DNA from: an uncultured Alphaproteobacteria bacterium | Lineage (GTDB): Bacteria > Pseudomonadota > Alphaproteobacteria > HIMB59 > GCA-002718135 | Length of the DNA: 64,000 bases | Assembly (NCBI GenBank): GCA_902560675.1 | Contig: CACEMP010000007.1 | Span: forward strand, 1,851-65,850 | Reading direction: 5' to 3' | Position numbers and translations under genes: made by a program | The notes under the pieces: generated by a model | Database searches by the model: none | What the model saw: the letters and a program-made list of their open reading frames with translations, nothing else | What the model was told of the DNA's origin: nothing | In this document: positions 22,423 to 31,385 of the stretch, piece by piece | Position numbering within the stretch: position 1 is the first letter of the stretch | How the letters are laid out: every line of letters begins with the position of its first letter

Positions 22423-22436
22423 AGCAAAAATTAATT

Positions 22437-23006
22437 TTATTCTTTTTTAGCTTCTGCTTCTTCTGCTTTTGGTTCTTCAGCAGGTTGTGCATCTTCAGCT
22501 GGCTTAGCTTCTGCTTCTTCTGCTTTTGGTTCTTCAGCAGGTTGTGCATCTTCAGCTGGCTTAGCTTCTGCTTCTTCTGCTTTTGGTTCTTCAGCAGGTT
22601 GTGCATCTTCAGCTTGCTTAGCTTCTGCTTCTTCTGCTTTTGGTTCTTCTGATGCAGCTTTCGCAGCTTCTTCTTTTTCTTTAGCTGCAGCTAAACGTTC
22701 TTGCGCTTTTTTCTTAGGTAGATGTTTTTTTGTTTTTTCAGTAATAACTGGTTTTTCCATCACACCAAGATTGCTAAGAAAAATAGAAATTCTATCTGAG
22801 GGTTTTGCTCCTTTTGAAATCCATTCTTTAGCTTTGTCTAAGTCCATTTTAACTCTATCAGCGCTATCCTTGGGAAGCATTGGGTTATAAGTTCCAATTT
22901 GATCTATAAATTTTCCATCTCTGGCTCTTCTAGAATCAGCAACTACTATTCTATAAAATGGTCTTTTCTTAGCACCACCTCTTGATAATCTAATTCTTAC
23001 TGGCAT
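22437..23006 (-). CDS. rpsP: 30S ribosomal protein S16 with an ~104-aa repetitive acidic C-terminal extension
   Basis: S16 core MPVRIRLSRGGAKKRPFYRIVVADSR, followed by a tail containing three copies of [19 protein letters not shown]. Confidence 0.95.
   Translation of the reverse strand: MPVRIRLSRGGAKKRPFYRIVVADSRRARDGKFIDQIGTYNPMLPKDSADRVKMDLDKAKEWISKGAKPSDRISIFLSNLGVMEKPVITEKTKKHLPKKKAQERLAAAKEKEEAAKAASEEPKAEEAEAKQAEDAQPAEEPKAEEAEAKPAEDAQPAEEPKAEEAEAKPAEDAQPAEEPKAEEAEAKKE
22447..22650. repeat. 57-bp tandem repeat, about 3.6 copies, inside the rpsP 3' region
   Basis: Unit ttagcttctgcttcttctgcttttggttcttcagcaggttgtgcatcttcagctggc at 22447-22503 and 22504-22560. The copy at 22561-22617 has one g>t change. 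A partial copy starts at 22618. Confidence 0.95.
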
Positions 23007-23018
23007 TTTATTTCCTTT

Positions 23019-24383
23019 CTAATTAATGTTTGGAGGAAGATTTCCTTGTAATTTTTGCATTAAATCACTGGGAATTCCTCCTTTGCCCATTGATTTCATT
23101 CTCTTCATCATTTTTTGTGATTGGAGAAACTGTTTTAATAACCTGTTAACGTCTTGAACTTTTGTTCCAGATCCTTTTGAAATTCTAATTTTACGTGAAG
23201 CCTTTATTATATCTGGATCAGCTCTTTCTTTTTTTGTCATTGAATTGATTATAGCTATTTGTTTATCAATAATTGAATTAGAAATTTTATTTTCTGCCAT
23301 TAACTTCTGTGCTTTTGAAACACCTGGCATCATAGAAAGTAAACCGGAGACTCCGCCCATTTTACCCATTTGCTTTAATTGATTGGCAAAATCTTCAAGA
23401 TCAAATCTTCCTTTAGCAATCTTTTTTGCCATATCTTCCATTTCTTCTTTATCAATATTTTCAGCAGCCTTTTCGACAAGAGATACAATATCTCCCATAC
23501 CTAAGATTCTTTGTGCAATTCTCTCAGGATGGAAGGGTTCAAAATTTTCTACTTTTTCACCTAATCCCATAAATTTTATAGGAGAGTTTGTTATTGATTT
23601 AATTGATAGTGCTGCACCACCTCTACTATCACCATCTATTCGAGTTAAAATTGAACCAGTAATATTTATTGCATCACTAAAACTTTTAGCTACATTTGCA
23701 GCATCTTGTCCTGTTAGAGCATCTGCTACTAATAACGTTTCGTCAGGTTTAAACCTATTTTCAATTTCTATTAATTCGCTCATTAACTTTTTATCTAAAA
23801 CTTGTCTTCCAGCAGTATCTAAAATAAGAATATCAAATAAATTTTTTTGAGCATAGTCTATAGAATCATCAACAATTTTATTAGCTGATGATAGATTGTG
23901 ACTAAAGAAATCTGAGTCGGTTTCTTCAGCTAATACTTTTAATTGTTCTTGTGCTGCTGGTCGATAAATGTCTGCTGATGCTAATAAAATTTTTTTCTTT
24001 GAAGACTTCTTTAACAAATAGGAAAGTTTCGCAATTGATGTTGTTTTTCCAGAGCCCTGTAATCCACAAAATAATATTTTAGTTAATTGAGAAGTTGATA
24101 AATTTAGAGATTTATTTTCTGATCCAAGAATTTTTACCAGCTCGTCTTGCACAAGCTTTATTATCATTTGATCTGGCTTAACAGATTTGAGAATTTCTTT
24201 TCCTAGAATGTTTGACTTGATAGAATTTATAAATTCTTTTACTACAACTAAGGAAACATCTGCCTCTAAGAGAGCGATTCTAATTTCGCGTAATGTAACT
24301 TCAAGATCTGTTTCTGATATAACAGCCTTACCTCGAATACTTAGAACAATTTTTTCAAATTTTGTGTTCAGTGTATCAAACAT
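23019..24383 (-). CDS. ffh: signal recognition particle protein Ffh
   Basis: GLQGSGKTTS, DTAGR, TRIDGDSRGGAA and a Met-rich M domain. The track ORF reaches 24443. ATG at 24383 (MFDTLNTKFE) follows a GGAG and matches the Ffh N-terminus. Confidence 0.93.
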   Translation of the reverse strand: MFDTLNTKFEKIVLSIRGKAVISETDLEVTLREIRIALLEADVSLVVVKEFINSIKSNILGKEILKSVKPDQMIIKLVQDELVKILGSENKSLNLSTSQLTKILFCGLQGSGKTTSIAKLSYLLKKSSKKKILLASADIYRPAAQEQLKVLAEETDSDFFSHNLSSANKIVDDSIDYAQKNLFDILILDTAGRQVLDKKLMSELIEIENRFKPDETLLVADALTGQDAANVAKSFSDAINITGSILTRIDGDSRGGAALSIKSITNSPIKFMGLGEKVENFEPFHPERIAQRILGMGDIVSLVEKAAENIDKEEMEDMAKKIAKGRFDLEDFANQLKQMGKMGGVSGLLSMMPGVSKAQKLMAENKISNSIIDKQIAIINSMTKKERADPDIIKASRKIRISKGSGTKVQDVNRLLKQFLQSQKMMKRMKSMGKGGIPSDLMQKLQGNLPPNIN

Positions 24384-24580
24384 AAATCTCCAATAGCCAT
24401 TTATCTCCAGGGCACGAAACTCGTGGGCTAGAGTACCTATCACAATTGTAACAAGCTCAATTCGTTTACAAATATAGGATTTGTTCGTAACCCTCTATTA
24501 GCTGAATAGTTGAAAGTCAAGTATTCTTAAATTTCCCATATTTACTGAGATTTATCGATAAATTAGGTTATAAAACAAAT

Positions 24581-25399
24581 ATGCAAAAAGTAGACTTTAT
24601 AAAAATGCATGGACTTGGGAACGATTTTGTTATCATAGATAAAAGGTCAAACAAAATCGAAATTACTGAAAATATTATTAGAAGACTCAGTGACAGAAGA
24701 ACAGGAGCAGGATGTGATCAATTAATCACAATTAACAATACAAGTAATCATAGTGCTGATGCTGAAATTGAAATATTTAATCCTGGTGGTGATAGAGCCG
24801 AAGCTTGTGGTAATGGAACACGCTGCGTGGCAAAAATATTATTTGATGAAGATTCAAATAAAGAAATTTTAAAAATTCAATCTGATGCAGGAATATTAGA
24901 GTCAAAAAAAATAGATAACAATATAAGTGTCAACATGGGTTTAATTAAAAGTACTTGGGATAAAATTCCTTTAAGTAAAGAAGTCGATACAATGAATATA
25001 CCAATTTCAATTGATGGATATAGTAATGGAGTTGCTGTTAATGTAGGTAATCCACATGTAGTTTTTTTTGGAAAATCAATCAAAGATACAGATCTTAAAA
25101 GTATAGGTCCTAGAATAGAAAATCATGAGCTCTTTCCAAAAAAAACTAATGTTGAAATAGTTGAAGTTATTAATTCAAATTTAATTCAAATGAGAGTTTG
25201 GGAACGTGGAGTTGGAGTCACGCTAGCTTGTGGTAGTGGTGCCTGTGCGGCTGTATATGCGGCGTGGAAAAAAGGATTGATTGAAAATAACGCTGAAGTG
25301 AAACTTGAAAAAGGATCACTGCATATAAATATAGTTAATAATGAAGCGATTATGACAGGACCTGCAGAAATTAGTTATCGGGGAAGTTTAGAAATATAA
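24581..25399 (+). CDS. dapF: diaminopimelate epimerase
   Basis: KMHGLGNDFVIID, and catalytic Cys residues in ACGNGTRC and LACGSGACA. Confidence 0.95.
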   Translation: MQKVDFIKMHGLGNDFVIIDKRSNKIEITENIIRRLSDRRTGAGCDQLITINNTSNHSADAEIEIFNPGGDRAEACGNGTRCVAKILFDEDSNKEILKIQSDAGILESKKIDNNISVNMGLIKSTWDKIPLSKEVDTMNIPISIDGYSNGVAVNVGNPHVVFFGKSIKDTDLKSIGPRIENHELFPKKTNVEIVEVINSNLIQMRVWERGVGVTLACGSGACAAVYAAWKKGLIENNAEVKLEKGSLHINIVNNEAIMTGPAEISYRGSLEI

Positions 25400-25402
25400 C
25401 TT

Positions 25403-26662
25403 ATGAAAAATAAAAACTACGTAGTTAACTTAGGTTGTAGATTGAATATTTATGAAGGTGAAATTATTAAAAACCATCTTAAAAAAAATAATTTAAATAA
25501 TGTTACAGTCATAAACTCATGTGCAGTAACTGAAGAAGCTGAGAAAAAAGTTTCTTATGAAATTAGAAAGGCAAAAAAAAATTTTCCTAATAATAAAATA
25601 GTAGTTACAGGATGTGCAGCTCAAATTAATCCATTAAAATATAAAGATTTAAAAGAAGTAGACTCAGTAATTGGAAATACAGAAAAATTAGAAGCTTTAA
25701 CATGGAAAAATATTGATCAGTCTAAAAATCTTAAAGTAGGAAATATATTAGAAGAAAGTAAAACAGTACCCAATTCAATTGAAAAATTTGAAGGAAAATC
25801 GAGAGCTTATATTGAAATACAACAAGGTTGTAATCATCGCTGTACTTTTTGTATTATTCCATTTGGTAGAGGCAATAATAGAAGTGTACCTGCTGGAGAA
25901 ATAGTAAATAAAATAAAAAAAATTGTTAGCAATGGATATAATGAAGTTGTTTTAACAGGAGTGGATATAACTGATTATGGGAAAGATCTGCCTGCAAAAC
26001 CAACCTTTTCAAACCTAATAAAGAGAATTCTAAAATTAGTACCAGAATTAAAGCAATTACGGTTATCTTCAATTGACTGCGCTGAAATAGACGAAGATTT
26101 TTGGGATGTTTTGAAGGACGAAAGATTGATGCCTCATTTTCATATAAGTTTGCAAGCTGGAAACAATTTAATTTTGAAAAGAATGAAAAGAAGACATTCA
26201 AGGGAAATGGCAATTAATTTTTGTAAGAAAGTTTTATCTATTAGGAAAGATGCAACATTTGGTGCTGATATAATTGCCGGTTTTCCAACAGAGACAGAAA
26301 CGATGTTTCAAGATTCAATTAAACTAGTTGATGAGTGTAATTTAACTCATCTTCATATTTTTCCTTATTCACCAAGAGAAAACACTCCTGCATCCAAAAT
26401 GCCTCAAGTTCAAAAAAATATTATCAAAGATAGAGCAAGAAGACTTAGAGAAAAAGGTATGGACAAATTAAAACAATATTTAAAAAATAATATTGGAAAG
26501 AAGGAACGAATTTTAATTGAAAGTAGAAAAGAAAATTTTTCACTGGGAAAAGATCAGCATTTTTTTAAAGTCAAACTTGATGAAGAATTTAAAGAGGGAA
26601 ATATAATATCCTGTATTTACACAGGTGTAGAAAATGATACCTTATTAGCAAGAACAGCATGA
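25403..26662 (+). CDS. mtaB: radical-SAM methylthiotransferase, MtaB-like
   Basis: N-terminal UPF0004 Cys residues (LGCRLN, SCAV, GCAA), radical SAM CNHRCTFC, and a C-terminal TRAM-like region. Lies in dapF-mtaB-ftsY order. Confidence 0.8.
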   Translation: MKNKNYVVNLGCRLNIYEGEIIKNHLKKNNLNNVTVINSCAVTEEAEKKVSYEIRKAKKNFPNNKIVVTGCAAQINPLKYKDLKEVDSVIGNTEKLEALTWKNIDQSKNLKVGNILEESKTVPNSIEKFEGKSRAYIEIQQGCNHRCTFCIIPFGRGNNRSVPAGEIVNKIKKIVSNGYNEVVLTGVDITDYGKDLPAKPTFSNLIKRILKLVPELKQLRLSSIDCAEIDEDFWDVLKDERLMPHFHISLQAGNNLILKRMKRRHSREMAINFCKKVLSIRKDATFGADIIAGFPTETETMFQDSIKLVDECNLTHLHIFPYSPRENTPASKMPQVQKNIIKDRARRLREKGMDKLKQYLKNNIGKKERILIESRKENFSLGKDQHFFKVKLDEEFKEGNIISCIYTGVENDTLLARTA

Positions 26663-27579
26663 GTTTGTTCTCAATATTTAAAAATAAGTTAAGTAAAACT
26701 TCAAATTTACTTTCTTTTAATATTTTAGAAATTTTAAAAAACAAAAAAATAGACGATTTAACTTTAGAAGAATTAGAAAATGTTCTTATTTCATCTGATA
26801 TTAGTTTAGATGTTGTAAATCAATTAATAGATTCTATAAAAAAAATAAAAATTTCAAATGATGATGGAATAAAAAATGTACTTGAAATCTTAGCTCAAAA
26901 TATAGAAAGTATATTACTTCAAAGAGAACATGTCCTGATAAATGAAAAAAATGACGAAAAAAAAATTTTAATATTTGTTGGAGTAAACGGAAGTGGAAAG
27001 ACGACCACTATTGGTAAAATTGCAAATAAAATTTTATCAAATAAAAAAATACTGATTGCAGCTTGTGATACATTTAGGGCAGCAGCTGTTGAGCAGTTGG
27101 AAAATTGGGCGAAAAAAAATGATAATGGTTTTATCGCTGGAAAAAGTAATCAAGATCCAGCAAGCGTAGCGTATCAGGCAACTGAAAAATTTGGAAAAGA
27201 AAATTATGATTTTTTACTTATAGATACTGCTGGAAGATTATCAAATAATACTAACCTCATTAATCAACTAATTAAATTGAAAAATGTTATATCAAAAGTT
27301 AATTCCTCTTTTAATATTGAAACTGTATTAGTTTTAGACGGAACAAATGGTTCAAACATGATTAAACAAGTGGAAATATTTGGAAATGAACTTAATGTAT
27401 CAAGTCTTATAATAACTAAATTGGATGGAACAGCAAAAGGTGGAGCATTAATTTCAATTGCAAATAAATTTGAAATCCCTATAAGTTATGTTGGTCTTGG
27501 AGAAAGTATTGAGGATCTTGTAACCTTTAATTCTCAAAGCTTTGCAAGATCTATTTTAAATCTAGAAGAACAAAAATGA
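26659..27579 (+). CDS. ftsY: signal recognition particle receptor FtsY (short form without an acidic A domain)
   Basis: GVNGSGKTTT, DTAGR and TKLDGTAKGG motifs. ATGA overlap with mtaB. Confidence 0.93.
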   Translation: MSLFSIFKNKLSKTSNLLSFNILEILKNKKIDDLTLEELENVLISSDISLDVVNQLIDSIKKIKISNDDGIKNVLEILAQNIESILLQREHVLINEKNDEKKILIFVGVNGSGKTTTIGKIANKILSNKKILIAACDTFRAAAVEQLENWAKKNDNGFIAGKSNQDPASVAYQATEKFGKENYDFLLIDTAGRLSNNTNLINQLIKLKNVISKVNSSFNIETVLVLDGTNGSNMIKQVEIFGNELNVSSLIITKLDGTAKGGALISIANKFEIPISYVGLGESIEDLVTFNSQSFARSILNLEEQK

Positions 27580-28115
27580 AGTCATTTTATAAATTATTAA
27601 TTGATATAGGACCACTTGCAGTATTCTTTATTTTTTATACAAGAAGTGGTCTTCAGGAAGCAATACTTCCTCTTATGATAGCAACTGTAATTTCAGTAAT
27701 TATTTCATATATACTTGAGAAAAAAATACCAATTATGCCAACTCTTGGGGCTGCAATTGTATTAATATTTGGTGGGCTTACAATTTATTTTGACAATGAA
27801 ATTTTTATTAAAATGAAACCAACGATAATAAATATGGTCTTCGCATTAATTTTATATGGAGGAGTGATTGTTAAAAAACCTCTTTTAAAATATCTTTTAG
27901 GTGCTGCACTTAAATTAGAAGAAGATGGATGGAGAATATTAACTCAAAGGTGGATTGTTTTTTTTATTGCACTTGCTGTTTTAAATGAAATTGTTTGGAG
28001 AACACAAAGTACTGATGTTTGGGTAAATTTTAAAGTTTTTGGTATCTTGCCAATTACTTTTATTTTTACGATGACACAATTCCCTTTAATTAAAAAATAC
28101 CAAATTGAAGATTAA
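27576..28115 (+). CDS. yciB: intracellular septation protein A (YciB/IspZ family)
   Basis: 179 aa with 5 TM segments and a conserved position after ftsY. ATGA overlap with ftsY. Confidence 0.75.
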   Translation: MKSFYKLLIDIGPLAVFFIFYTRSGLQEAILPLMIATVISVIISYILEKKIPIMPTLGAAIVLIFGGLTIYFDNEIFIKMKPTIINMVFALILYGGVIVKKPLLKYLLGAALKLEEDGWRILTQRWIVFFIALAVLNEIVWRTQSTDVWVNFKVFGILPITFIFTMTQFPLIKKYQIED

Positions 28116-29312
28116 TTAAAAATTGTTTTCTCTTAGTGCTATAAATCCTGGTGATTTATTTCCCTCAAGCCACTCTAAAAATGCGCCCCCAGCTGTTGAT
28201 AAATATTTAAATGCATCATTGGCTTTAGCTTTTTTTATTGCTGCAAGTGTATCTCCTCCTCCTGCTAAAGCATCTAATTGATACTTATTTGAATAATTGT
28301 GTATAATATTTGCAACTGAAATTGTACTTTTATCAAACGGAATATATTCAAATGCACCTAAAGGCCCATTCCATAATAGTGATTTAGATTTTAGTATTTC
28401 ATTTGAAATTAATTTTGTAGTTTCTTCACCAACATCTAATATCATTTGGTCGTTTGGAATATTATTAATTGAATAAGTCTCAACATTTACTCTATCTTCT
28501 ATTTTTTTTGAGCAAACAGCATCAATTGGTAAAAGTATTTTGCAATTTTTTGATTCTGCTTTTTTTTGTATCTTTTTTGATAGTTCAATAAAATCATTTT
28601 CTACTAGAGAAGAACCAACATTATAGTTATTTGATAGCAAAAAGGTATTAGCCATTGCACCTCCAATTACTAGAGAATCAAAAATTTCAACTAAATTTTC
28701 TAGAACTTTTATTTTTGTTGATACCTTTGAGCCACCTATAATTGCTAGATTTGGTTTGTTTGAACTTTCTAAAAATTTATCTAAATTTTCAATTTCTTTA
28801 GAGAAACTTAATCCAGCGTATGAAGGTAAGTATTTAGTAATACCTGTTATAGATGCATGATTACGATGAGACGCAGAAAAGGCTTCATTAATATATATGT
28901 CAAAACTAGAAGCTAATAATTTTGAAAAATTAAGATCATTTTTTTCCTCTTCAGCATTAAAACGAATATTTTCTAATAGACAAATTTCTCCCATGTCCAT
29001 TTCAGCAATTTTTGTCTCAATTATTTTTTTCTCACAGTTAGCTAAAAAATGAATTGTGTTAAGATTAAAAAATTTTTTTAATTCTGAACATAAAAACTCA
29101 ATAGAATATTTCTTATTAACCTCACCTTTAGGTCGTCCAAAATGAGCAATCAAAAATACCTTATTATTGTTTTTAATTAATTTTTCTAGTGTTGGCAAAA
29201 TAGCATGGATTCTTGAATGATCTGTAATTGTGCCTTCCAAAACTGGTACGTTTAAATCAACTCGAACAATTATTTTTTTATTTTTACATTCTAAATCTTT
29301 TAATTCTTTCAT
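28116..29312 (-). CDS. pgk: phosphoglycerate kinase
   Basis: RVDLNVP, FSASHR and GGGDT motifs. 398 aa. Confidence 0.95.
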   Translation of the reverse strand: MKELKDLECKNKKIIVRVDLNVPVLEGTITDHSRIHAILPTLEKLIKNNNKVFLIAHFGRPKGEVNKKYSIEFLCSELKKFFNLNTIHFLANCEKKIIETKIAEMDMGEICLLENIRFNAEEEKNDLNFSKLLASSFDIYINEAFSASHRNHASITGITKYLPSYAGLSFSKEIENLDKFLESSNKPNLAIIGGSKVSTKIKVLENLVEIFDSLVIGGAMANTFLLSNNYNVGSSLVENDFIELSKKIQKKAESKNCKILLPIDAVCSKKIEDRVNVETYSINNIPNDQMILDVGEETTKLISNEILKSKSLLWNGPLGAFEYIPFDKSTISVANIIHNYSNKYQLDALAGGGDTLAAIKKAKANDAFKYLSTAGGAFLEWLEGNKSPGFIALRENNF

Positions 29313-29393
29313 TTCTATTCACATGTATATAAAAAAAATGCTGGAAATCATTGATTTTTTTTAAAATTTAGCAGTTTTTTCTTTTTTAATACA

Positions 29394-29434
29394 TATATTT
29401 AGTATATTAAATTCCTTTTACACTACTAAATATA
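29394..29434. promoter_or_regulatory. 11-bp perfect inverted repeat 17 nt upstream of the gcrA start
   Basis: TATATTTAGTA (29394-29404) and TACTAAATATA (29424-29434), separated by 19 nt. Immediately followed by the GGAG SD (29440-43) and ATG at 29451. Confidence 0.3.
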
Positions 29435-29450
29435 GTAATGGAGTTAAAAT

Positions 29451-29921
29451 ATGCCTTGGGACGAAAATAATGTTTTAAAATTACGAGAACTTTGGGAACA
29501 AGGGCTGCCAACAGCTCAAATTGGTAAACTTTTAGGTTTTACGAAAAATGCAGTTGTTGGGAAAGCACATAGAATAGGGTTAGAGCGAAGACCATCGCCG
29601 ATTCGAAGAACTGCTGTCAAACCAGATAGAAAAAAAGCACGGTCTCCGGTAATGCCTAAACTAAACTTCGAAACAAAAAAAGAGGAAATTACTGAAAATA
29701 AAGAAAGCTCAACTTTTCAGCCTGTGGTAAAGAATTTATTTACAAATCAAATAAAAAGAGGTTGCGAGTGGCCTAAAGGTCATCCCGATGAAAATGATTT
29801 TCATTTTTGTGGTAAAGATAGATTTGAAGATAAGCCATATTGCATTGAACACTGCGCTGTAGCATATGTCATTCCTGAAAAAGATGATGATGACATTCAA
29901 CAAGTTAATTCAAGAATTTAA
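29451..29921 (+). CDS. gcrA: cell-cycle regulator GcrA
   Basis: W..E....L..LW..G.SA.QIA-type N-terminus (MPWDENNVLKLRELWEQGLPTAQIGKLLG...KNAVVGKAHRIGL) and C-terminal CEWP...FCG...PYC..H. Confidence 0.9.
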   Translation: MPWDENNVLKLRELWEQGLPTAQIGKLLGFTKNAVVGKAHRIGLERRPSPIRRTAVKPDRKKARSPVMPKLNFETKKEEITENKESSTFQPVVKNLFTNQIKRGCEWPKGHPDENDFHFCGKDRFEDKPYCIEHCAVAYVIPEKDDDDIQQVNSRI

Positions 29922-29958
29922 TAGAATTTTAAATCTCAACTGATATCACTAAATATTG

Positions 29959-31209
29959 ATGAAAAATCAGAGTGATATTTCTGTTTTTAGTCCAGTTTTA
30001 ATTGCTGGAAGTTTAATTTTACTAATAAGTTTTGCAATAAGATCAACTTTTGGACTTTTTCAAATACCAATTGCTGAAGATTTTTTTTGGATGAGATCAG
30101 AATTTTCACTTGCAATAGCAATTCAAAACTTAGCTTGGGGAATTGGAACTCCATTGTTTAGTGCTTTTGCAGAAAAATATGGAGATAGGAAAGCTATAAC
30201 AATTGGATTAGTTTTGTACTCAATAGGTATATTTATAAGTAGTACAGCTGTAACACCTGAAGCACATCAGTTGTTAAATATTTTGATTGGTTTTGGAATT
30301 GCAGGAAGTGGATTTGGTCCTGTTTTGGCAGTAGTTGGTAGAGCAACTTCAGATGAAAGAAGATCCTTAGCTTTAGGAATTACTACAGCGGCTGGTTCAG
30401 CTGGACAGGTTATTGGCCCTCCTTTTGCTGCAAGCTTATTGTCTTTTATGCCTTGGTCGTCAGTATTTGAAATATTTGCAATAATATGTTTAATAACACT
30501 AATTTTAGTTCCTATTTTAAAAAGTCAAAATAAAATAACATTAAATAAAAATGATAGGAATTTAACAGATGCTTTAAAGAATGCATTTCAAGATCCAACT
30601 TATTTGATGTTATTTCTAGGATTTTTTTCATGTGGCTTCCAATTGGCATTCATTACTGCTCATTTTCCAGCATTCATTGTAGAGAATAGTAGCCCAATAA
30701 TACAGGGCAGTTTTATTTCTTTATTTTGTAATTCAATTGAAAGTTTAGGAGCATTTTCAATGGCATTGATAGGATTTTTTAACATCATTGGTTGCTTAAT
30801 TGCTGGAGCATTAGGTAAGGGTTATACAAAAAAATATTTATTATCTTTCATATATGTAGGAAGAACAATAGCAGCTGTCCTATTTATCTTATTACCAATA
30901 ACTCCTTTGTCTATTTCAATCTTTTCAATTGTGATGGGATCTCTATGGTTAGCAACAGTACCTTTAACATCAGGAATAATAGGTCATATATATGGTATTA
31001 AATTTATGGGTACATTATACGGTATTGTATTTTTGTCTCATCAGATTGGTTCTTTTGTTGGTGTTTGGTTGGGGGGAATATTTTATGATATTTATGGCAG
31101 TTATGATGTTGTTTGGTGGGTTGGAATAGGAGTTGGAGCATTTTCTGCAATAATTCATTTACCAATTAAAGAAAAACCTCTTGAAGAAAGACAAACATTA
31201 GCGATATAA
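29959..31209 (+). CDS. MFS-type transporter
   Basis: About 12 TM segments. The track start at 29956 is TTG and ATG follows at 29959. Confidence 0.75.
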   Translation: MKNQSDISVFSPVLIAGSLILLISFAIRSTFGLFQIPIAEDFFWMRSEFSLAIAIQNLAWGIGTPLFSAFAEKYGDRKAITIGLVLYSIGIFISSTAVTPEAHQLLNILIGFGIAGSGFGPVLAVVGRATSDERRSLALGITTAAGSAGQVIGPPFAASLLSFMPWSSVFEIFAIICLITLILVPILKSQNKITLNKNDRNLTDALKNAFQDPTYLMLFLGFFSCGFQLAFITAHFPAFIVENSSPIIQGSFISLFCNSIESLGAFSMALIGFFNIIGCLIAGALGKGYTKKYLLSFIYVGRTIAAVLFILLPITPLSISIFSIVMGSLWLATVPLTSGIIGHIYGIKFMGTLYGIVFLSHQIGSFVGVWLGGIFYDIYGSYDVVWWVGIGVGAFSAIIHLPIKEKPLEERQTLAI

Positions 31210-31232
31210 TTAATTAATTTTAAAAAACTAAG

Positions 31233-31355
31233 ATGAATGAAAAAAATATAATAAGAAAACTGATTGTAGTTATATTTTTTTTAGTCTTAATTTATACTTT
31301 GCTAAGAATAGGAGTTGGGTTAGATTTTGGTATAGGCCCATATGTAAAAAATTAA
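31233..31355 (+). CDS. possible 40-aa single-TM peptide
   Basis: Own translation: MNEKNIIRKLIVVIFFLVLIYTLLRIGVGLDFGIGPYVKN. No clear SD. Supported only by ORF integrity and a hydrophobic core. Confidence 0.2.
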   Translation: MNEKNIIRKLIVVIFFLVLIYTLLRIGVGLDFGIGPYVKN

Positions 31356-31385
31356 ATATTCGCAAATGCGAATAACTAATAGACC

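Noticed and set aside
22415-22606. 63-aa ORF in the track with the repeated MHNLLKNQKQKKQKLSQLK.
   Set aside because: It is an alternative frame through the 57-bp repeats of rpsP. Its periodicity comes from the DNA repeat, and the S16 frame is clearly the real one.
22447-22650. Direct repeats considered as a CRISPR-like array.
   Set aside because: The repeats are contiguous without spacers, are in frame inside rpsP, and there are no cas genes.
24384-24443. 20-codon N-terminal extension of ffh in the track ORF (MIGTLAHEFRALEINGYWRF), with a CACGA-AAC-TCGTG hairpin inside it.
   Set aside because: The extension starts at a non-ATG codon, whereas the conserved Ffh N-terminus MFDTL follows a GGAG. 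The hairpin is only 5 bp, so this is treated as 5' UTR.
24444-24580. Possible lysine riboswitch or other leader upstream of dapF, or an SRP RNA gene next to ffh.
   Set aside because: No L-box core motifs and no SRP domain IV motif appear on either strand. The few GC-rich patches give only about 8 bp of possible pairing.
29407-29421. TTAA-N7-TTAC as a CtrA binding site in the gcrA promoter.
   Set aside because: It is a single imperfect half-conserved box in roughly 25% GC DNA, where TTAA is very frequent. It is kept only as a note inside the inverted-repeat finding.
31357-31372. Palindrome ATTCGCAAATGCGAAT considered as a dif (XerC/D) site.
   Set aside because: The left arm matches the proteobacterial dif XerC arm at about 8 of 11 positions, but there is no TTATGTTAAAT-like XerD arm. 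The TATGTTAAAT at about 32880 (minus strand) lies inside a CDS without a partner arm.
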